DNA of 64,000 nucleotides, taken from positions 258,478 through 322,477 of the IMG/VR virus record IMGVR_UViG_3300042482_000702. One strand, given 5' to 3'. Position numbers and translations under genes: made by a program. Shown in pieces: positions 62,232-64,000 of the stretch (positions are counted from its first letter, which is position 1; each line of letters opens with the position of its first letter). A model generated the notes under the pieces. The model worked only from the letters and a program-made list of their open reading frames with translations. It ran no database searches and was not told the origin of the DNA.

Positions 62232-62951
62232 TTATTTTATCACCGGTTTTCTTGGTGTTGTTTTTTTAACCGCCGGTTTTTTTGGTGTTGTTGTTTTTTT
62301 AACCGGAGTTCTTCTTTTTGGTTTAGGTTTTTCTTCTTGTTTCTTTATCATAGGATATACAATAGAACCTAACAATACAACCGCTAAAGCTAAAGCTCCC
62401 ATCATAAAATTTGAAAAGTTTTTAAGTAAGTCAATCATCTTCATAGTTTCTTCCTTACCTACTTTAGTTTGTAATTCCAATAACGCATTTGTATCATCAA
62501 GAACAGGATTAATCTTTTCATTTAGTATCCCTGTTGCCAAAATACTATCTACCGCTTCTCTATCAGTCACCGCTTTCTCTAATAAAGTATTAACCAAATC
62601 ATCAGCTTCATCCATCCCCTTCTGTGCATGCTGTACAAGTACCGACTCTTCCGGTGTTAGGTATGTTGATTTATATTCTTCCCACTCTTTTTCAGTTTGT
62701 TGTTTAATTTTTTGTATCTCACCTCTATTGGCTAGTAACTGGTCGTAGTCAACAACATGGCTTGAGAAATTATCCTGAACTGTGGTTCCGTAGTAATCAA
62801 ACCTATGAGAAATAAGAGGCACTGGTTTTAATCTGTCTTCTAATATTGTTGTTGCGGAAGCCTTTATATTCCTCCCCACATAAATTCCATAACCTGCAAT
62901 GAGTAAAACGATTGAGGTTAAAATTAACATAAATGTTTTTTGGTTATTCAT
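62232..62951 (-). CDS. Two-TM protein with chemoreceptor-type four-helix-bundle (4HB_MCP_1-like) sensor domain and basic tail
   Basis: TM1, TTILEDRLKPV.., EWEEYKSTYLTPEE, TM2, then a K/P/T-rich tail with no signalling domain. Confidence 0.7.
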   Translation of the reverse strand: MNNQKTFMLILTSIVLLIAGYGIYVGRNIKASATTILEDRLKPVPLISHRFDYYGTTVQDNFSSHVVDYDQLLANRGEIQKIKQQTEKEWEEYKSTYLTPEESVLVQHAQKGMDEADDLVNTLLEKAVTDREAVDSILATGILNEKINPVLDDTNALLELQTKVGKEETMKMIDLLKNFSNFMMGALALAVVLLGSIVYPMIKKQEEKPKPKRRTPVKKTTTPKKPAVKKTTPRKPVIK

Positions 62952-62955
62952 ATAT

Positions 62956-63363
62956 TTATTTTTTATTTGTTGTTTTCCTAACAGGTTTTTTAACTGTTCT
63001 AGTATTTCTTTTAGCCGGTGTATTTATTTTACCTGACTTTATGTTTGTTAAAAATTCACCAGGATTATCGGAAAAGGATGTTGTCACTTTTAAAATACCC
63101 TTTAAAATCTCAGGAGAATTTAAACCGGCAAGCCCATAAATTAAAGCTTTATATAGTGAATTAATTTCAAATTGTTCCAATATAAACCAAGCCAATAATG
63201 AAGTAATCATTGCCGATAAAATATTTTTAATTATACCATTAGTGCTAATTTCGTCTGTAGAATCAGTAGTGACTAATCTGGCAACCATTCCAGCAGCTCC
63301 AATTAACAATACAACCCAACCACCTTTTAAAAATTCCGGAATAAAGTCGTTTAAATTTTTCAA
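62956..63363 (-). CDS. Putative holin (about 3 TM) with basic tail
   Basis: GGWVVLLIGAAGMVARL..LAGLNSPEILKG; directly downstream of the GH19 endolysin. Confidence 0.6.
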   Translation of the reverse strand: MKNLNDFIPEFLKGGWVVLLIGAAGMVARLVTTDSTDEISTNGIIKNILSAMITSLLAWFILEQFEINSLYKALIYGLAGLNSPEILKGILKVTTSFSDNPGEFLTNIKSGKINTPAKRNTRTVKKPVRKTTNKK

Positions 63364-63451
63364 ATTATCTTTTTTATTACTATAAATATTTGTAAATACT
63401 TAAAAGAAATAATTTTTATTAAAAACCCCTCTTTATGGAGGGGTTAGTTCA

Positions 63452-64000
63452 TTACTTTAATAAGTCATAGTATTCTTTGAAATGTTTGATTCTATCGGGT
63501 AACCCAATCGTACCACCATTTACTCTTTTAGTCACAGCAGTTACCGTGGCATCGTCAGCCCCTTTATCACAAATAGACCATAATTTATTTGAATCAAAGA
63601 AGAATGCCGCAGACGCTAATGGATATTTTGTTGCCACTAAATCAGGGTTAACAACAGTATCTTCACCAATGAATTTAGCGAAGTTTGTGTAATTTGATTT
63701 TCCTGTTAATTGGATATACCCTCTACCTCTAAATTTGAATCCCTCTTTTGTTGATTCATCCCCATTACCCATTCTTCCACCATATACTTTTGATGCAATT
63801 TTCTCAGGGTTTCTAGCGTAAGATTCCGCTAAATTACCAGGGAAATATTTTGGGAATATTTTTTTAAGCCCATCAGCCGAATAATTCACATTTTCAGATA
63901 CGGCTTTAAACCCACCTGATTCATGACCACACTGAGCCAAGAAGTGAGCTAATCTTAATGGATTAGTAATGTTGAATTTTTTTGCTGTATCCGGAATCTG
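63452..64000 (-). CDS. Glycoside hydrolase family 19 endolysin (5' end outside the window)
   Basis: Frame open to the window edge: LRLAHFLAQCGHES..ENVNYS..FRGRGYIQLTGKSNY..VTKRVNGG..DR. Confidence 0.9.
   Translation of the reverse strand, partial: QIPDTAKKFNITNPLRLAHFLAQCGHESGGFKAVSENVNYSADGLKKIFPKYFPGNLAESYARNPEKIASKVYGGRMGNGDESTKEGFKFRGRGYIQLTGKSNYTNFAKFIGEDTVVNPDLVATKYPLASAAFFFDSNKLWSICDKGADDATVTAVTKRVNGGTIGLPDRIKHFKEYYDLLK

Noticed and set aside
2753-63692. Short ORF-track calls antisense to, or out of frame with, longer genes or tRNAs (e.g. 3626, 8234, 13560, 14985, 18536, 23021, 25562, 27053, 34879, 37743, 42335, 47836, 51298, 53667, 63477)
   Set aside because: Shadow ORFs without leaders or recognisable motifs, overlapping well-supported features

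Overview
A 64-kb segment of a strongly AT-rich, gene-dense, large (jumbo-type) tailed phage genome in the standard genetic code. A Bacteroidota host, probably Flavobacteria-like, is inferred from about 17 TAnnTTTG (-7) promoters, lipobox lipoproteins and host-like dnaK, smpB and TRIC genes. Contents: (i) an RNA island with tmRNA + smpB, a ~900-nt GOLLD-like RNA and two circularly permuted (T-arm before D-arm) tRNA-elbow mimics; (ii) two lysis-type cassettes; (iii) an RNA-repair set (Rnl1 ligase, kinase, metallophosphoesterase, two cyclic-phosphate receiver domains, two HAD_SAK proteins); (iv) two large Pro/Thr-linker virion adhesin genes, one ending in a probable DGR variable region; (v) 27 anticodon-bearing tRNA genes covering all 20 amino acids, interspersed with tRNA-like RNAs, an HNH endonuclease and many unexplained structured ncRNAs, including two mini-RNAs displaying exact copies of resident anticodon loops and a three-copy pseudoknot motif; (vi) about 20 genes sharing short N-terminal I/L-x-E tags that may be capsid-targeting signals. 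All structures and family calls were made by eye and need covariance-model/HMM confirmation.
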